Origin: Eledone cirrhosa | Taxonomy: Eukaryota | Length of the DNA: 64,000 bases | Direction: 5' to 3' | Assembly: GCA_964016885.1 (NCBI GenBank) | Contig: OZ024746.1 | Location: forward strand, 41,912,001-41,976,000 | Part shown: positions 26,141 through 40,510 of the stretch, piece by piece | Position numbering within the stretch: position 1 is the stretch's first letter | Layout of the letters: every line of letters starts with the position of its first letter | The notes under the pieces: model-generated | Told to the model about the DNA's origin: nothing | The model's database searches: none | What the model saw: the letters and a program-made list of their open reading frames with translations, nothing else | Made by a program: the position numbers and the translations under genes

Positions 26141-27494
26141 CTCATTATTTAGCCTTAATAAAATGAATATTAAAACTCTACATCAGTATTGAGTACTCCT
26201 TTCTCTCAGCCATCAACCACATATGGATATATATACACACACACACACTGGAGTGTTTTTCAAACAGAACCATAGTACAGAATACGTCATACAGCTTAAT
26301 TATTCCTTTGCTAGAAGCTGATGCTTTCTTCTCATAAAAGACATCTTGAATCTCCTCCTCCTTCTCATGATGATAATCATCATCATTGCTACCACTACCA
26401 CTATCATCACTATTGCCATTATTTCCCCGTTCATGTTTCCATACTAGCATGTGTGTGTGTATGTATGTGTACATGAGTAAATGGGAAGAAACTCTTTTTT
26501 AGTTTTGTCATTTAAAAAAAAGAAAACATGGCTGTAACATATTTTGAAATATTCAGAAAAAGAGATATTCCACAGAATCAAACAACAAAAACATTCGAGA
26601 AACTACTCAAGAATCCTTTATAATGTCATTGAATAAATTACTAGAATTCATCTAGATACAAATAATGAACTCTGTGTTCAATAGAAAAGCAAGAAGTAAA
26701 ATCTAGTGATGAGTCTTTTTAACAACAACAGCCTCCACCTCTATGACCTATGACATTTACTAGTCAACTGAATGATAAAACAGCACCATTGTAACATTTT
26801 GTATGCACTGGAAACAAGACATAATGTTGAGGTATTAGACATGAAATATTTAACTACAAATGTTTATAATAGACCATACAGATAGCAATGTTTTCATATC
26901 TTTTTTTTTTAAGATGTGTTATCATCAAGCAATCAGTTAAATGTACTCTATTTCTTCATTGGTACTTAGTTTACTGAACCTAGAAATATCCAGAATCATC
27001 ATCATCATCATCATTTAGTGCCTGTTTTTCCTGTTAGTGTTGGATGGGTTGTCAAAGACCTAGTTGTTACTCAAGTAGAGCTACTGACTTTCTAGAAAGG
27101 GGTTGGAGCATGCATCTCACATTTCTGCACTCTATCAATTGCTTACATGGGCCAAGGGACTGCATCTCCCTTACATACATTCCCATGTTCTACCGAGCAC
27201 ATTTTATCATGATATCAGCACAAGGGAGGTTGATACAGCTGAAGTAACCTCCTGTTCTTTTGTTTGGCAGGTTTTCTATGGCTGGATGCTCTTCCTATAG
27301 CCAATCACTTCACATAGTGTACTAATTGTATTTATCATGGAGATCATCAGCCAGCAGCAAATATGAAGTAAGAAAGAGAACGTCAACTTCAGCAAGATTT
27401 GAACTTAGAATGTAAAGGAATATAACAAATGCTACAAGGCCCCATTTATAATTCTTTGCCTTCACAACTCTTCATAATAAAAAAGAGATCAGTT

Positions 27495-27705
27495 ATAATG
27501 CTTTCAGATTTAGGCACAAGGCCAGCAATCTTAGGGGAGCGGAAAGTCGATTAAATCGACCGCAGTGCATGACTGGTCCTTTATATTACTGATGCCATAA
27601 GGATGAAAGGCAAAGCTAACCTTGACATGATTTGAACTCAGAATGCAAAGAGACGTAACTCTATGTCGCATGGTGTTCGATGCTCTACCGATACTGCCAA
27701 TCCAC
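27495..27705 (-). mobile_element. tRNA-derived SINE, near full length
   Basis: Same family as 205-370, and includes the head region. Confidence 0.8.
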
Positions 27706-27949
27706 TGTTATGTAAACATATAGGACATGCTTCTTGTTATTATTCAGTGTAAGTATATTTTTAAAGTTTGAAATATCATGTTTTGATATCCATAGGTATG
27801 TTGTATCTTCGAGCAAGATACTTTATTTCATGTTGCTCCAGTCCACTCAGCTGGCAAAAAGGAATTGTAATTCAAAGGGCCATGATAGTCATGTCACACA
27901 CTGTCATCTCCCTGAGAAATACTTTTGTGGAATGCTCAGCCACGTGCAT

Positions 27950-28360
27950 GTTAATTTTATGAGCAGGGTGTTCCATTGTTCAAACAACTGAAACATATGT
28001 TGTTAGAAGAGACGGATGTCCAACAACAACTTGTTGGATCATCTGTCAGTTTTGATAATGACTAGTTTCAGTCAAACAAATCGTTTATCCATAGTAGCAC
28101 AGTCTAGTACACATGTAAGTTCTCTTATATCCAACTTTTCTCTCATCTCAATCATGCTCCATCTTCCTGCACACAAACATTTCACATCCAATGGATCATA
28201 CTTGTTTCATTTCTCTCCAACCTTAATATCATTATCATTTACCACCCATGCTTCAATATCACACAACTTTACATTTTCACACAGGTATCATACTATCTAC
28301 CCTTCACTTGTAGAGACTATCTACCCTTCACTTTGTTGACAACAGAGGCAGTAACTCCTT
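27950..28360 (-). mobile_element. Old RTE RT C-terminal remnant
   Basis: The reverse strand reads LERNETSMIHWM, matching LERNEVCMLHWM of younger copies. Confidence 0.6.
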
Positions 28361-28362
28361 AA

Positions 28363-28578
28363 ATCTTTAGCATTTAAACCAGCCTTCTCCAGCCAGAATT
28401 CTCTCACCACTTTCTGTTCAAACTGGCCGTAACTAGCCACTCATGCTGATGTTAAGGTATTGTTCTCAAAATAAATAACATCAAAATCTCAGATTCAATA
28501 TGGGAGATAATTATGTGAGGCAAAGCTTTTACTGTGAAAATACAATAGTAAATGAAGAGTAATGTAAATGCTGAAGGG
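28363..28578. mobile_element. piggyBac-type MITE, second copy
   Basis: Inverted homolog of 1735-1955. Confidence 0.65.
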
Positions 28579-30606
28579 GAAAACTTTTATCAGTCAGTTC
28601 TTCTAGCTACTATGCTTCCAGTGCAACTCACCCCCATCACTAATTAAGTTACCCAAGTAACAGAAATGATTAACTACTTCTATGGTACCTTTTTAGATTG
28701 GAAAACGTTAATTTCACTATTACTTTTACTGCACTCTATACTTCTGCATATATATATATATATAATTATTCCAAGTAATTAGTGTTGGTTGATCAAGCAA
28801 TCAATTGACTGAGGTGTAATCAGATGTAAGTACTCTGTGACATGGGTACCTTAAGGTATTACCTATATAGTATCACACGGAGTGTCAATATTATAAAAAA
28901 AGAAGAGATTTTCCTTCAACCCTCCAACCATCAGCTCAGTATTTGTAATTTTTAATCTTGAACTATATATATATATATATAGTAAAAGAAAACTACATAC
29001 ATGATGAAAAGTGCCAGTTAAACCTGGAGAAAAAGGCACACACCAAGAGACAAATACATACATACTGTACATACATATATGCGCACACACAGCCACACAT
29101 ATATATTATATTAGATGTGTATGTATGTGTGTGTGTGAAAGGCAGAGTGCATTTATATCCATGTCCTGGTTTTAAAATAGGTAAATCTTATCCTTTAATG
29201 TTATACGAGGCCATTAAAAGGGTTGGCTGCAAGAAGAATATATAGCTGTAAAACACTATCTAAAATGAGGAACCCTGATGTGTAGAATTAAAACTGGTAT
29301 GGGGCCTGCAAATCTAACATCTACTTTAGTAGGAAACGTAGTCTTGAAACATTTCTTATATGGGTGTTTGTATATGTATTTACATATATATGTACACACA
29401 CACACATACACATATATATAAATATATATATATATTCATATATGATGGGGGCATTTGCCTATATGCATGTGTGTATGTATATGTGCATGTGTGTATATAT
29501 CCATGTATGTATATGTGTAAGTGTGTGTATTTATGTGTTTGTGTGAGCCTATTCCCTAGGATTTATTATGAGATCTTGTCAATCCAGCAGAGAAGTAATT
29601 GATGTTACATATATTTTGGCATAAATACAAGTTCTATGTTTGCGTCATACTGGAAAGGAAGTGATTTCAGAAAAGTAGTAGTAGTAATAGCAGCAGTAGT
29701 AGTAGTTGTATTAATATTGGTGGTAATAGTAATATTGATAGTAGTGGTGGAGATATTGGTGGTGTTAGTAGTAGTTGTGTTGATGGTGGTAGTAGTAATT
29801 ATAGTAGTAGCATTGTATGGGATTTTATGTATATTTGAGCCTATGTGTTTGTGTGTTCATTTTGATCCAAAGAACATTGTTTCATTATTTTTGGTGATGG
29901 TGTGAGATGGCTATATATTAAAACAAATGAAAAATTGCTTCTACTCTTCATCATAAGTTTGAATCATTGAAATTATGGAATTGTTGGTTTAAATTAAACA
30001 TCCATCCAAACACACAATGTTTCCAATTTTTGTTCTATCATTGGATTCCCTACATATTCAATACATTTAATAGGCAGTATAATGTTGTGATGTTGTAGCT
30101 GTATATTCGCTGCTAAAATCTGATTGAGCAGACCTGTGACCATAAGAGTTCCAGCTGTGATCTTCCTATGTTTAAGTGGTATATAGTATTGCAGTGGCTA
30201 ATTTGTCCTTTTCTTGTTTATGATTGCTGGTTATAATTTGAAGAGATTGGACTGCTGTTTCTACAAGGTTTAATGACAACAGAGGGGCTCTTTTGCTGGC
30301 TCATGTGGAGACATATGCTGTAAATTATTGAACATTTAAAAATAACTCATTATTACAAAGTGCACTTCTCTCTGACCCATTACACTCCTTTCTTGAGTCT
30401 GTGAAACTGAAAATATCAAGTACATCTGTTTCATGACTCAGTCATTAATAGGTAGAATGGCATCAAACATGTATAAAACATACATCCAAAATTTATCAAA
30501 ACTATACTGGAAACATTACTATTCTAATTGATAATGTGATTAGAAAATCTTGCAGTATTTGATCCAGCTCTTTGTATTCAAAGTTTGTATTCCAGCTCTT
30601 TGTATT

Positions 30607-30838
30607 CATAATAATAATGAAATTATTGTGTACAGTGCTCAGGTGCACTACAACTCATCAAAGGTGCATGTATAGTGCATAGAATAATGTACAAATGTCA
30701 GGAAAATGAACAGTGTATGAGTCATGAAATACATGTGTGCGTGTGTATAGAGGGGGGATATCAGGTATAATGTTGGTGAATTTCAGGAAGCATGGAGGTT
30801 TTAAAGGATGCAGTGTCTCGACAGCTAATAACTGATGC
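30607..30838 (-). mobile_element. CR1-group LINE 3' end
   Basis: Homologous to 24574-24806. Confidence 0.85.
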
Positions 30839-32499
30839 ATATATTACAAAAGTAGACTTTTCCATTCATACCTTCAGAGTTGATAAAATATGTTATTTAC
30901 AGGTACAGTTTTCCTTTCCCTCTCTCTCAGAATTCCCTCCTTTAAAGAGGCCAAGAAAGGAGAATTCATATCACTGCCTTCCCATAATTTCACCACCCTC
31001 CTTGTGGACTCTCTAAGAAAGAAAGACTCAAAGTATAACATATACAATAAATACAAATTATCCTCCTTTATATTGAGTTCTTTAAGGACAAGGAGTTGCT
31101 AAACTGGGTGATGAATTAAGTCTAAAACATAAGTAGGCAATGATGGGATTTGAAATCAGAACTCAAAGGTTTGAAACATATACTGCAAAGTATCCCATCT
31201 TATTTTTCAACTCTGAAAGGATGAAATGTGAAGTTAACCATGATTTTATTTGAATTTAGAATACAAGGTCATTATTTATGATATATTCGGCAAATTATTT
31301 CATTTCATCCAATGTTGTAATGCTACTATGAATTTGTCACCAGCATAGGACCATATTATATAAAATAGTGAATTGAAATGCTGTAATGTTCATGACTTTC
31401 TCAATAGCATTAGCAATGTAAATTAAGTGAAATAGACTCACTCTGGATAACAGATGTACCACATTGAGGTCTTACTTCATATATCTAAAGCTCTATAGAT
31501 TGTGTAAATAGTTATATTTGGTTGGTTCAAGAAAATAGTTGTGTCAAACTGGACCACTTAGAAATTTCCTGAAAGAAATTAGATATAAGAACAAGGAATT
31601 GCAACAAAACATTAAGAAGCTAATTCATTTATTTAAATATAAATTCAGTTAATGTATTGAATTATCTTCAAAAACGAATGAGTAAGTTGAGTTGACTAGA
31701 AAGAAATTCTTACTTCTGATTTCGAACATGTTCATAACTTATTCTAATCAAATTGGCACATCTGCCCGAATTTGATTGTTTTAATTCCATTAATTCTTTT
31801 GTTGTAGTCTAACTTTATTCTCTGTTTCGTTGCTATCATTTAAGGAAGTTTACATCTTTAATTAGCTTTCTTTCTCTGCTATTTGTCTTGAGTTATCTTA
31901 TGCTTTTCTTTCATGTAGGTATGTTTTTCAGATTCTCTCATACTAAATCACCCTATAAACTGTAGCAGCCTTCAGCAGGATTACAATCCTATTACAAGAC
32001 TTCAGTTTATGCTAGGATATGCTAGTAAAAGTGAGGAAGTGCATTGGTTGGAGAAAGAATGAAGTTGTATATATTGATATTCTTGAGTGGATTCCTTTAT
32101 ATTCTTTTAGCTGAAAGAATAGTATGCCATACTAAAGACTTTGTGTTATTTAGTTTTCTTCTTTTGGGGTTTAGTTCAAATCCTACTAAAATTAACATTG
32201 ATTTCCATCTCCTCCAATCAAATCAAATAAATAAATCATTCAGTCAACTTCATTCTTTCCTAAAAATTAGTATTTTGCCTACAAGAAAGTACAATCAGTT
32301 TGTTCCTTTAGTTTTAGCTTAGAGCTTTTGTATTTAGTTCATAGGCACTCACATTTTAGGTGACTTAGGTCACAAAATCTCATTTATGCTTTTTATTTAG
32401 TTGATATTATTCCCACTTTACTTGTCACTCATGAAAAAGTTGTTTTATTAATAGGATTGATATCTTAAATTAATACAAATGCTAAAGCTTCTCTATGTT

Positions 32500-33600
32500 T
32501 GTCCTCACCAACTCCCTTTCTTTTATTTCCTCAGTTTTAGCCATTTCTTTCTTTGTCTTTCTCTTCTGTTACTTCCTTCTGTATTCATTTCTATCACTCT
32601 TCCCATCTTGTCCCTTTCATCCTTCCTCAACACATGACCCAACCATATTTCATTTCTCTTAACAACATACATCATTGGGTCTATTCCCATCAGCCATTGC
32701 AGTTCATTGTTTGTCTTTCGTTCTCAGTGATACTCAGCACATCCCCTAGACAATTCTCATACATACTACATTGAGCTACCTTCTTGATATTTCTATCTCA
32801 GCAAATATCTTACCTTTTGCCATCACTTTCATCTTTCTCATATTCACCTTTATAAACTCCTCCAACCTATTCATTTTTTCCCTCAGTTCATTCATACTCT
32901 ATGATATTTACACCAGGTCATCATCATGGTAAACCCTCATTTACAATTTGGGCCAGTACCTCCATCACAGCTACAATTAGTAGTGGGCTTAATACTGATC
33001 CCTGATGCACTCCATCCTTCACTTCAAACTTGTTACTTTTATTTTCGTTCACCCAAATGACTGTATGCACTTTCTCATACATTGTTATTGCTACTTTAAT
33101 CAACCATTTTCCCATTCCTAACTCTCTCAATGCCCAGCTCACTACCTCAAGTGGAGCCCTAGTGAAAGCTTCCTCCACATCAACAAACCCCCGAAAACAA
33201 ATTCCTCCTCTTTTCCATGTACTTCTGTATGCACCCCATGATAAAAATTGCATCATTCATTCCTTTTTTCAGCACAAATCCAAACTTAATTTTGTTAATC
33301 TTCACTTTTACTTAACCCTCTTCTCTAACACTCTCTTTAATACCTTCATTCCATGTCCCAATAGCTTAAGTGCTCCATACAAGCTATAATCTACATGATA
33401 ACTTTTCCTCCTGTACAGAGGAATGGAGGCTCTCAACAACCAATCCACTGGAATCTGGTCTTCTTTTACCACCAGCCTACATTTCTCTGTCGTCTTCTTA
33501 ACACTAACTTCCCACTGTTTTAAAAATATATCCCACAACTCCTGACTACCTTCTTGTCCTTTTACTCTTCATCTTTCTCAGTGCCCCTTCAACTTTTCTC
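32500..33600 (-). mobile_element. Degenerate RTE RT fragment
   Basis: IPVDW...IPLY, LKLLGHGMKVLKRVLE, FVDVEEAFTR and GVHQGSVLSPLL. Confidence 0.85.
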
Positions 33601-35829
33601 TCAGCTATCGCCTCTAAAATTCTTATGGTAAGACTATCACATATTTGGTACAAAATATTTTATGATTGTAAAAATTGTAATTTAAGTAAAAATGTAACAA
33701 ACATTCTTTTAAATAAAAAAATAAAAAAAGAAACTAAGAAACAAATGAGAATTAGATTGAAATAACAGTTGATTTTCTTTCTAAACTTGAGTGATGTGAC
33801 ATCCCATTAATGGCTAAAACATGATTATTTTGCAAATTGTGGGTTAAATAAGCTATCAGGAAAAAGTTATAACCATTCGTTTTTCTGTTAACTTCTAAAT
33901 TCATTTTATTTTTAACTACAACAAAAATATTGAAATGCAAGATTTAACATTTTTAATTAAAAAAGTGTTCATTTACATGAGCTATTTGTCAAGGTCGACT
34001 TTATTTGGTGGTTCAAAAAATATCTATTAAATTTCAGTTTGTTGTTTTAATAATAGTTTATTGTTATTGACAATTTCATCTATTGTCATTGTTTTGTTAT
34101 TTGTATTCTAGTTAGTACTTTCTTTTCATTTAATGGACTCGTTTGAGTAATGTTAATTTCAATACCATTTTCATGATCAGTTTCACAATGATCACTTTTA
34201 TTTTCTTTTAGTTTTTAATTTTACTAAATCCTTATATAAAATGTTTTTCATTTCGTTTACTAAAATGAAAATGTTATGTCCAGTCAGAAATTAATAATTC
34301 ATTTTATATCTTTAGATTTATGTTGATGTTAGAAAGACCTTTTGGATTAATTTGAGACAAGGGTCATACAGATCTACTGAATTCGTAAATAGAGTCAGTT
34401 AAAATTAAAAACCAAGAGAATATTTGTAAAAAGCTTTTTTAATATCATTATTGGAAAAACACTCATTATTAGAAAGACACGCCATTTTTAAAAAAAAGCA
34501 GTAAATGAAATAAAATAAAACCTACTTGTTTTAGAAATGTTTCTTGCAGCTCATTCTTATCTACTTTATTTATGTATTTATTTATTTTTACGAAGGATTA
34601 ATTTACTAATTCCTTTATTCTGTAGAATTATGATATACATTCAATAAAATAAAACAAACTAACAACTACACAAACCAAAACGTGTATCATTTTTTTTTTG
34701 TTTTTTTTCAAACCCTATTAAACTTGCTTTTCAATTCAATTTAAAAACTTTGAAACAACTTCTTAATCTCTTAATTTTAATTAACAGGCTTAAACAATAT
34801 TTTTTATCATCAGAAAAAAATTGTAGTTTTATACATTATTGGCAAAACACATGATCTGAACTAATCAATGTTATAATGCTATCTATTGCAAGTTAACAAT
34901 CACACTAACTTTCTGAATTTTAAAACAATGTACACTTGACATGTTTCTGTTAGAAACATGTTCTTTACGAGTATTTATTTTTTCTCTTCTTATTCTTCAT
35001 TCCATAACAAGACAATATCAGCATGATTGTAAATGTACCCACAAGGTATTCTTTAGAATATAAAAATACACCCTATACATAATTTGCATGTTTACCATAA
35101 TAGGTTAATCAACCCACAATATCATCATTATGTACTACTGTTACAATCTATACAAGATAAGTGTAAATGACAATCTAAATGAGATAGAGATTAGATGAAT
35201 TGAAATGTTTACAATTTGCCCTTCAGTATGCCTTGATTATTTTTTAATTAGTTCTAATTAATATTTAACCGGTTAAAACTAGTGATAAACTAACACAATA
35301 AACTATCCTCAATAGTATTGATTTTGTTTTCTCTGGCCACAAGACTCCTAATTTTTACACAAGGATGTGATGTGGTTCAGGACTTTTCTAAAACCATTAA
35401 TAAAGATTACTTTAAGTCTTGTTATTCTGTACCATATGAAAACAGCAAAACAGTCTTGAAGAGAACAAAACAATGATGAACTCTCTAATGTAAGAGGGAT
35501 AACTTTAAATATCATGTAACTTATTAACAACCATGCATACAAAAGATTATATTTAGCATAATTGTCTGCATCACTTTAAATAATGTAGTCCTAAGTCTAA
35601 TACTGACTGCAGACTTTCATAACAATCTGACCAGACCTAACAAAACCATTTTTGTTAAATCCTCACAGTATTCTAAGAGCTAAAGCATTAATACCAAACG
35701 TCAAGTAAATTCATTACAACTTCATATCAAGCCATCATAATTCTTGAATGGTAAACATAATCCATTACTCAGTTTGCCATATTTCAAACATTTGTGCCAG
35801 GTCTCTAACTTACCTCAAAAAGATTTTGT

Positions 35830-36318
35830 TAGGGTCATTAGAGCATTGAAGAAAATACCTTGAAATATTTGTTCCAGCTCTCTATACCCTGAGTTCAAAT
35901 TCTTGTCAAGGTCAACGCTACCTTTCATCCTTAAGTGCTTGATAAAATAAACTACCTGGTAGTGGATTGGGGGAATGTCAAATGAAATCCTGTGCAGTTT
36001 TTGTTCTGACTCTCTGCTTTCTTGATTTTTGTATGTATGTAGGGCTGCTGTAGTGAGATACAGTTTGTCTTGGGCACTTTAAACCTGATGGAGTCCATCT
36101 CCTTTCCAGGTTTGAACACAGGTAATTTCTTCCAGAGAATGAGAGAGAGAGAGAGAGGTGGGAGAAGAATTGACCCCAGTAATGGACTGGTGCTTTTTTT
36201 ATTGATCTCAAAAGGATGAAGGGCAAAGAAATTTGAACCTGGTGAGATTTGAACTCAGAATACACAGAGAAATGGAACAAATACCACAAAACATTCAATC
36301 TAACATTCTAACAACTCA
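35830..36318. mobile_element. Two SINEs tail-to-tail (35830-35975 +, ~35990-36318 -) between 73-bp direct repeats
   Basis: SINE motifs on opposite strands. 35732-35804 matches 36320-36392 with 2 mismatches. Confidence 0.7.
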
Positions 36319-36765
36319 ACCATCATAATTCTTGAATGGTAAACATAATCCATTACTGAGTTCGCCATATTTCAAACATTTGTGCCAGGTCTGTAAATTG
36401 AGAATGACTTCCTTCCTTCTCATTACTTATCATGGAGGCCCTGGAAAAAAAAAAAAGGGTCATGTGCACAGTCATTCTTTCCTTGAATAATATTATAAAA
36501 AGAAAAATAATTTGACAAAAAGGAAGAAAAAATGTGGTAGATTGGTAGAAATGACAGATTGTCAGATTATATGGTATGTTGCATGTAATTTCTTTTCTCT
36601 ACATTTTGTTTTCAAGTATGTCAAGAGTTGACTTTGCCTTTCATCCCTTCTGAATCAATCAAATAATTACCAGCGATATTACTAGGGTAAATTCAATCGA
36701 TTACTCCACTTTGCCAAAATATATCTTCATGTGTAGACAAAAGAAATCAATATTATGAGTCAAAA

Positions 36766-36895
<130 letters not shown>

Positions 36896-37329
36896 TAAGC
36901 TTGATTAAAACAATATGATACTATGTTAAAAAAAAAGAGAAAAAAAATCATGAATAAAAACTAAGTTAAACTATTGTGAATCTTAAAATGATTTACAGTA
37001 CTGCTCTAGCATACTGATAACCAATGAATGTTTTGAAACTTCTGAAGAACCAATATCATAATTGTCTCGATCAGAGGAAATATATGTACTTTACAAATAC
37101 AAGTGACCTACAATTATTAGGATTCTATGGTTTTAACCATCAATTCAGAGTGGAAATATTTCTGAATATCTTACTGCTAATACATGGAGTGTCCACTAGA
37201 TAACATACTTAAAAAGCTTGTGATATTTATTTCACTTGGGTTTACCATAAAACTGACTGCTTCAGTGTCATTCTGCTTCATATAATGGAGTATTGCATGA
37301 TAGATACTTAGAAATGATATTTGTGAATA

Positions 37330-37486
37330 TGTTGTGGCTATAGTGAAGGTCCTATCCCACTGTTGTGGCTATAGTGAAGGTCCTATCCCACTGTTGTGGC
37401 TATAGTGAAGGTCCTATCCCACTGTTGTGGCTATAGTGAAGGTCCTATCCCACTGTTGTGGCTATAGTGAAGGTCCTATCCCACTG
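37330..37486. repeat. Minisatellite, 5 identical 31-bp units
   Basis: tgttgtggctatagtgaaggtcctatcccac x5 with no spacers. Confidence 0.95.
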
Positions 37487-37719
37487 CATTACCTTAAATT
37501 GTTCCCAAAGAAATGGATCAGAAAATGCTATAAAAGTTTTATTCCTTGCTTTCTTCTAATCAACTGAACATCTGAATAGGAGTTTCTGATTTGAAATTGC
37601 AAGGATAGATTTGGTTGAAAGCAGTCCCCCCCCCCACACACACACATTATATACAGAAAGTAAGACATTATTTGTACAAAAACACAGTCACATGTGCACA
37701 CATATCTGAATAAATATGC

Positions 37720-37750
<31 letters not shown>

Positions 37751-37762
37751 TATCATTCCAAA

Positions 37763-38302
37763 TGTAAAGTGGCAACTATATAGTGTAGTTCTCTACCTCC
37801 ATCTTAGTTGTTTCGGTCACAAACCCCAGTACTGCAGCCCACAATGCAGAGGACAGGAAGGACAAGCAAATAACAGGGCTTGTCTGCTGGCTTCCTCTTC
37901 ACATGAGTCACTGTCAAGACCTCAGGCATCCTCAGACCCCATACTGCTGAGCTCCTCCGTAAAATAAGAATGTCAGCAGACCACTGTGGAAGGAGCCCCA
38001 TGAGGTGGGGTGGCTGTTGCAGTAGGTCTCACTGACCATTGTCTGCGATAATGCCTTTGCAATTTTTTCTGTAGGGTGCAGCTGAAACACTGCCTCACTC
38101 TCGGTATAGAGCCTGTCACCCTTTCCTCTTTCTCCTCTCTTCCTCTCTTGGCCTAATAGTCCATGCTTTTCTCTCGTTTTTTTCTCATTTATGGCATTTA
38201 TAGTCCTTTCTTTAGTGTTTATTTATCTCATGTACTTGTGCAGTAAATAAACTTATTTGCTTGATATTGTTAATCAGCAGTAGCCATCATTGGGTGTTAA
38301 CA
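37763..38302 (+). mobile_element. Possible solo LTR
   Basis: TGTAA start and TTAACA end, GC-richer body, TATA-like tataga, pyrimidine tract and AATAAA near the 3' end. No TSD found. Confidence 0.35.
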
Positions 38303-39133
38303 GATACATTTCAGAGAAATTGAAAGTTTGATACTCATATTTTCTCAAAGAGTCATAATAAAGTAATGGTTTCTAATTTAGGTACAAGACCAACAATTAT
38401 GTGATAATAGAAAGTTGGTTAAATTAAAATTGAACTCAGTACATTACCACTACTTAATTCTATCAACCCTCAAAGGATAAAAATCAAAGGTGACCTCAAC
38501 ATGGTTTGAACTCAATATGTAAAAAACTGGAATAAATGTAACAAAGCATTTTGTTCAAAGTGTAAATAATTCTTCCAATGAACAATGTATGACCAGGAAG
38601 CAAAACTGGCTCATGAAATTGGTATAAGTTTTACCTCTTATTCTTTGGCATTAGCTATATCAATCATATTATCATACATATCAGGAAATGCCAATGCAGT
38701 ACTAGTTTATATTGTTGTTAATAAAAGAGAAAGCCTTTTCTCTTGTTCTCTATTATGAGTATGTCTTAATGTCGAAAATATGTTTTAAAATGCAATGAAA
38801 TTTGCACTGGAAATGGATGTGCTTGAATGACATTAAATAAAAAGATAATGCAACAATGAAATATGAATATAAAACAAAGGCATGATAAACTGTGATATAT
38901 TCCCATAAATCAATCCTTTTATTAAGATTAACTTTTTCTCTATTCTGCTGTACACTTATTCCAGTGACTTCCATATTAATCAAATTATTAAATAGTGACT
39001 CAATTGCATAATTCCAACCCCATTTGTTTTATTATTGTATTTGCACATGTAAATATATTTATTGGATACATTTTACCATATGGGGACAGTTTCTCTTTCA
39101 TTGAACATGATAGATATAAATAAATGGATTTAA

Positions 39134-39356
39134 CTCTTTTGTGATTGTATTTCTAATGAAATATACTCTATTTCAATAAATTAATTGTTTCTACTTAATG
39201 AAGAGGATTTACTCACATTATTTCATTGCTAAGATTGTAACTTAACATAATATAAAATTATGTTGAACGATTTTAATTTAAATAGAAATCCTTAAAAATG
39301 GTTTATGTTGTTTCTTAGAACCTGAGCCAGTTTTAACCAGGTTGGTATCAAAAGGG
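39134..39356. mobile_element. piggyBac-type MITE (different family)
   Basis: ttaa|ctcttttg ... caaaaggg|taa termini. Confidence 0.45.
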
Positions 39357-40239
39357 TAAATTTGCTTTTCAGTCCTCTCTACAGAAAACTGGCATTTACT
39401 TTGACTCTGATTATGTGATAGTTTCTCACTTCAAAGTGAATAGACAATGTTTGCACTGAATGTGTTCAATTTTATTTATGAGAATTATGACATTTCAACA
39501 TTTCAATTTCTCTGAAATAATTTTCCCTGATTAAAAACCAAGTAGGCTATTATTGATCTATGTATTGGTTTCAATTAGTTGTATTCTTTTAATGAACATT
39601 AATATTTAATATGTCTGAGTTAATATAATTTAAACTTTACAGTATTAGTTTTTTATTTATTTTTTAATGAATAAGTTTCCATTTTTAATAACAGATCTAT
39701 GTCAATTTACAGACGTATAACTGAAAGGATGGCATTTACAAATAGATGAAATAGAACTGATTAACAAACTCCTTGCAGGCTCTCAGATGATTATGTTTTC
39801 TTGTATTTAAATTCCAAATATGTTCCACATTTATATTTTACATAGTGATTAAACTGCCGTCCAGTCAGTTATCTTTATATATAATTGAAGTTTGAAGAGT
39901 ATACCATAGTTAATATGGGCACAATAATTTCAACTATTGTACATTGGTTATGAATAAAATACTAAGTTACTTCAATATCATAAGCAACAATTTGAGTTAA
40001 AAAAAAAGAGTAGCCAGTTCACTACATATCTAACCTGGGTGACTACTTTACCAATTACACTACTAAGGACCAATCTTTGCCTCTTCTCAAATTTGATATC
40101 ATATTTTTTTAGCTATATATATTTTATCTCTACAAGTAGGATAGACTATCCTACTAATATCCAACATAAAAGTTGTTATTTATTACAAGTCTTGGTAATC
40201 ATGCCAGGTACGATATTTCTCATCTAGATTAGTTTAAAG

Positions 40240-40510
40240 CCTATCTCAAGCTTAGAGGCTCATCAGGCATCTGCTTATCCTGGTTTCCATGGTGTGAAGC
40301 GACTGAGAGTACAAGACTACACCCTGGACAAACACTAGTCCATCACTGGGTTAAGTCCCCAGCTATTGTTAGTACTCATTTGCAGCTGAGTTTACTGGAG
40401 CAACATGAAATAAAGTGTTTTGGTCTAGGACACAATACACAACCCAGTCCTAGAATCGAACCCACAACATTATGGCAGTAAGTCCAACACACTTTCCACT
40501 AGACTACTCA
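40240..40510 (-). mobile_element. tRNA-derived SINE with CORE-like domain
   Basis: The reverse strand has a gggttcgattc B box and tgtcctagaccaaaacactttatttca. Related to 51498-51620 and 58306-58450. Confidence 0.75.

Noticed and set aside
29309-29346. ctac/gtag stem followed by GAAACGTAGTC
   Set aside because: The 5' core reads ctaaca, which is too decayed to call, although it may be a relic.
29636-29905. Hydrophobic membrane-like ORF (similar ORFs at 41718 and 45719)
   Set aside because: It derives from degenerate (GTA)/(ATT) trinucleotide repeats.
37038-37095. CTGAAGA...GAAATATATGTA
   Set aside because: No stem I pairing and no convincing stem II.
37330-37486. 31-bp repeats resembling a CRISPR array
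   Set aside because: The units are contiguous with no spacers, there are no cas genes and the context is eukaryotic. It is a minisatellite.
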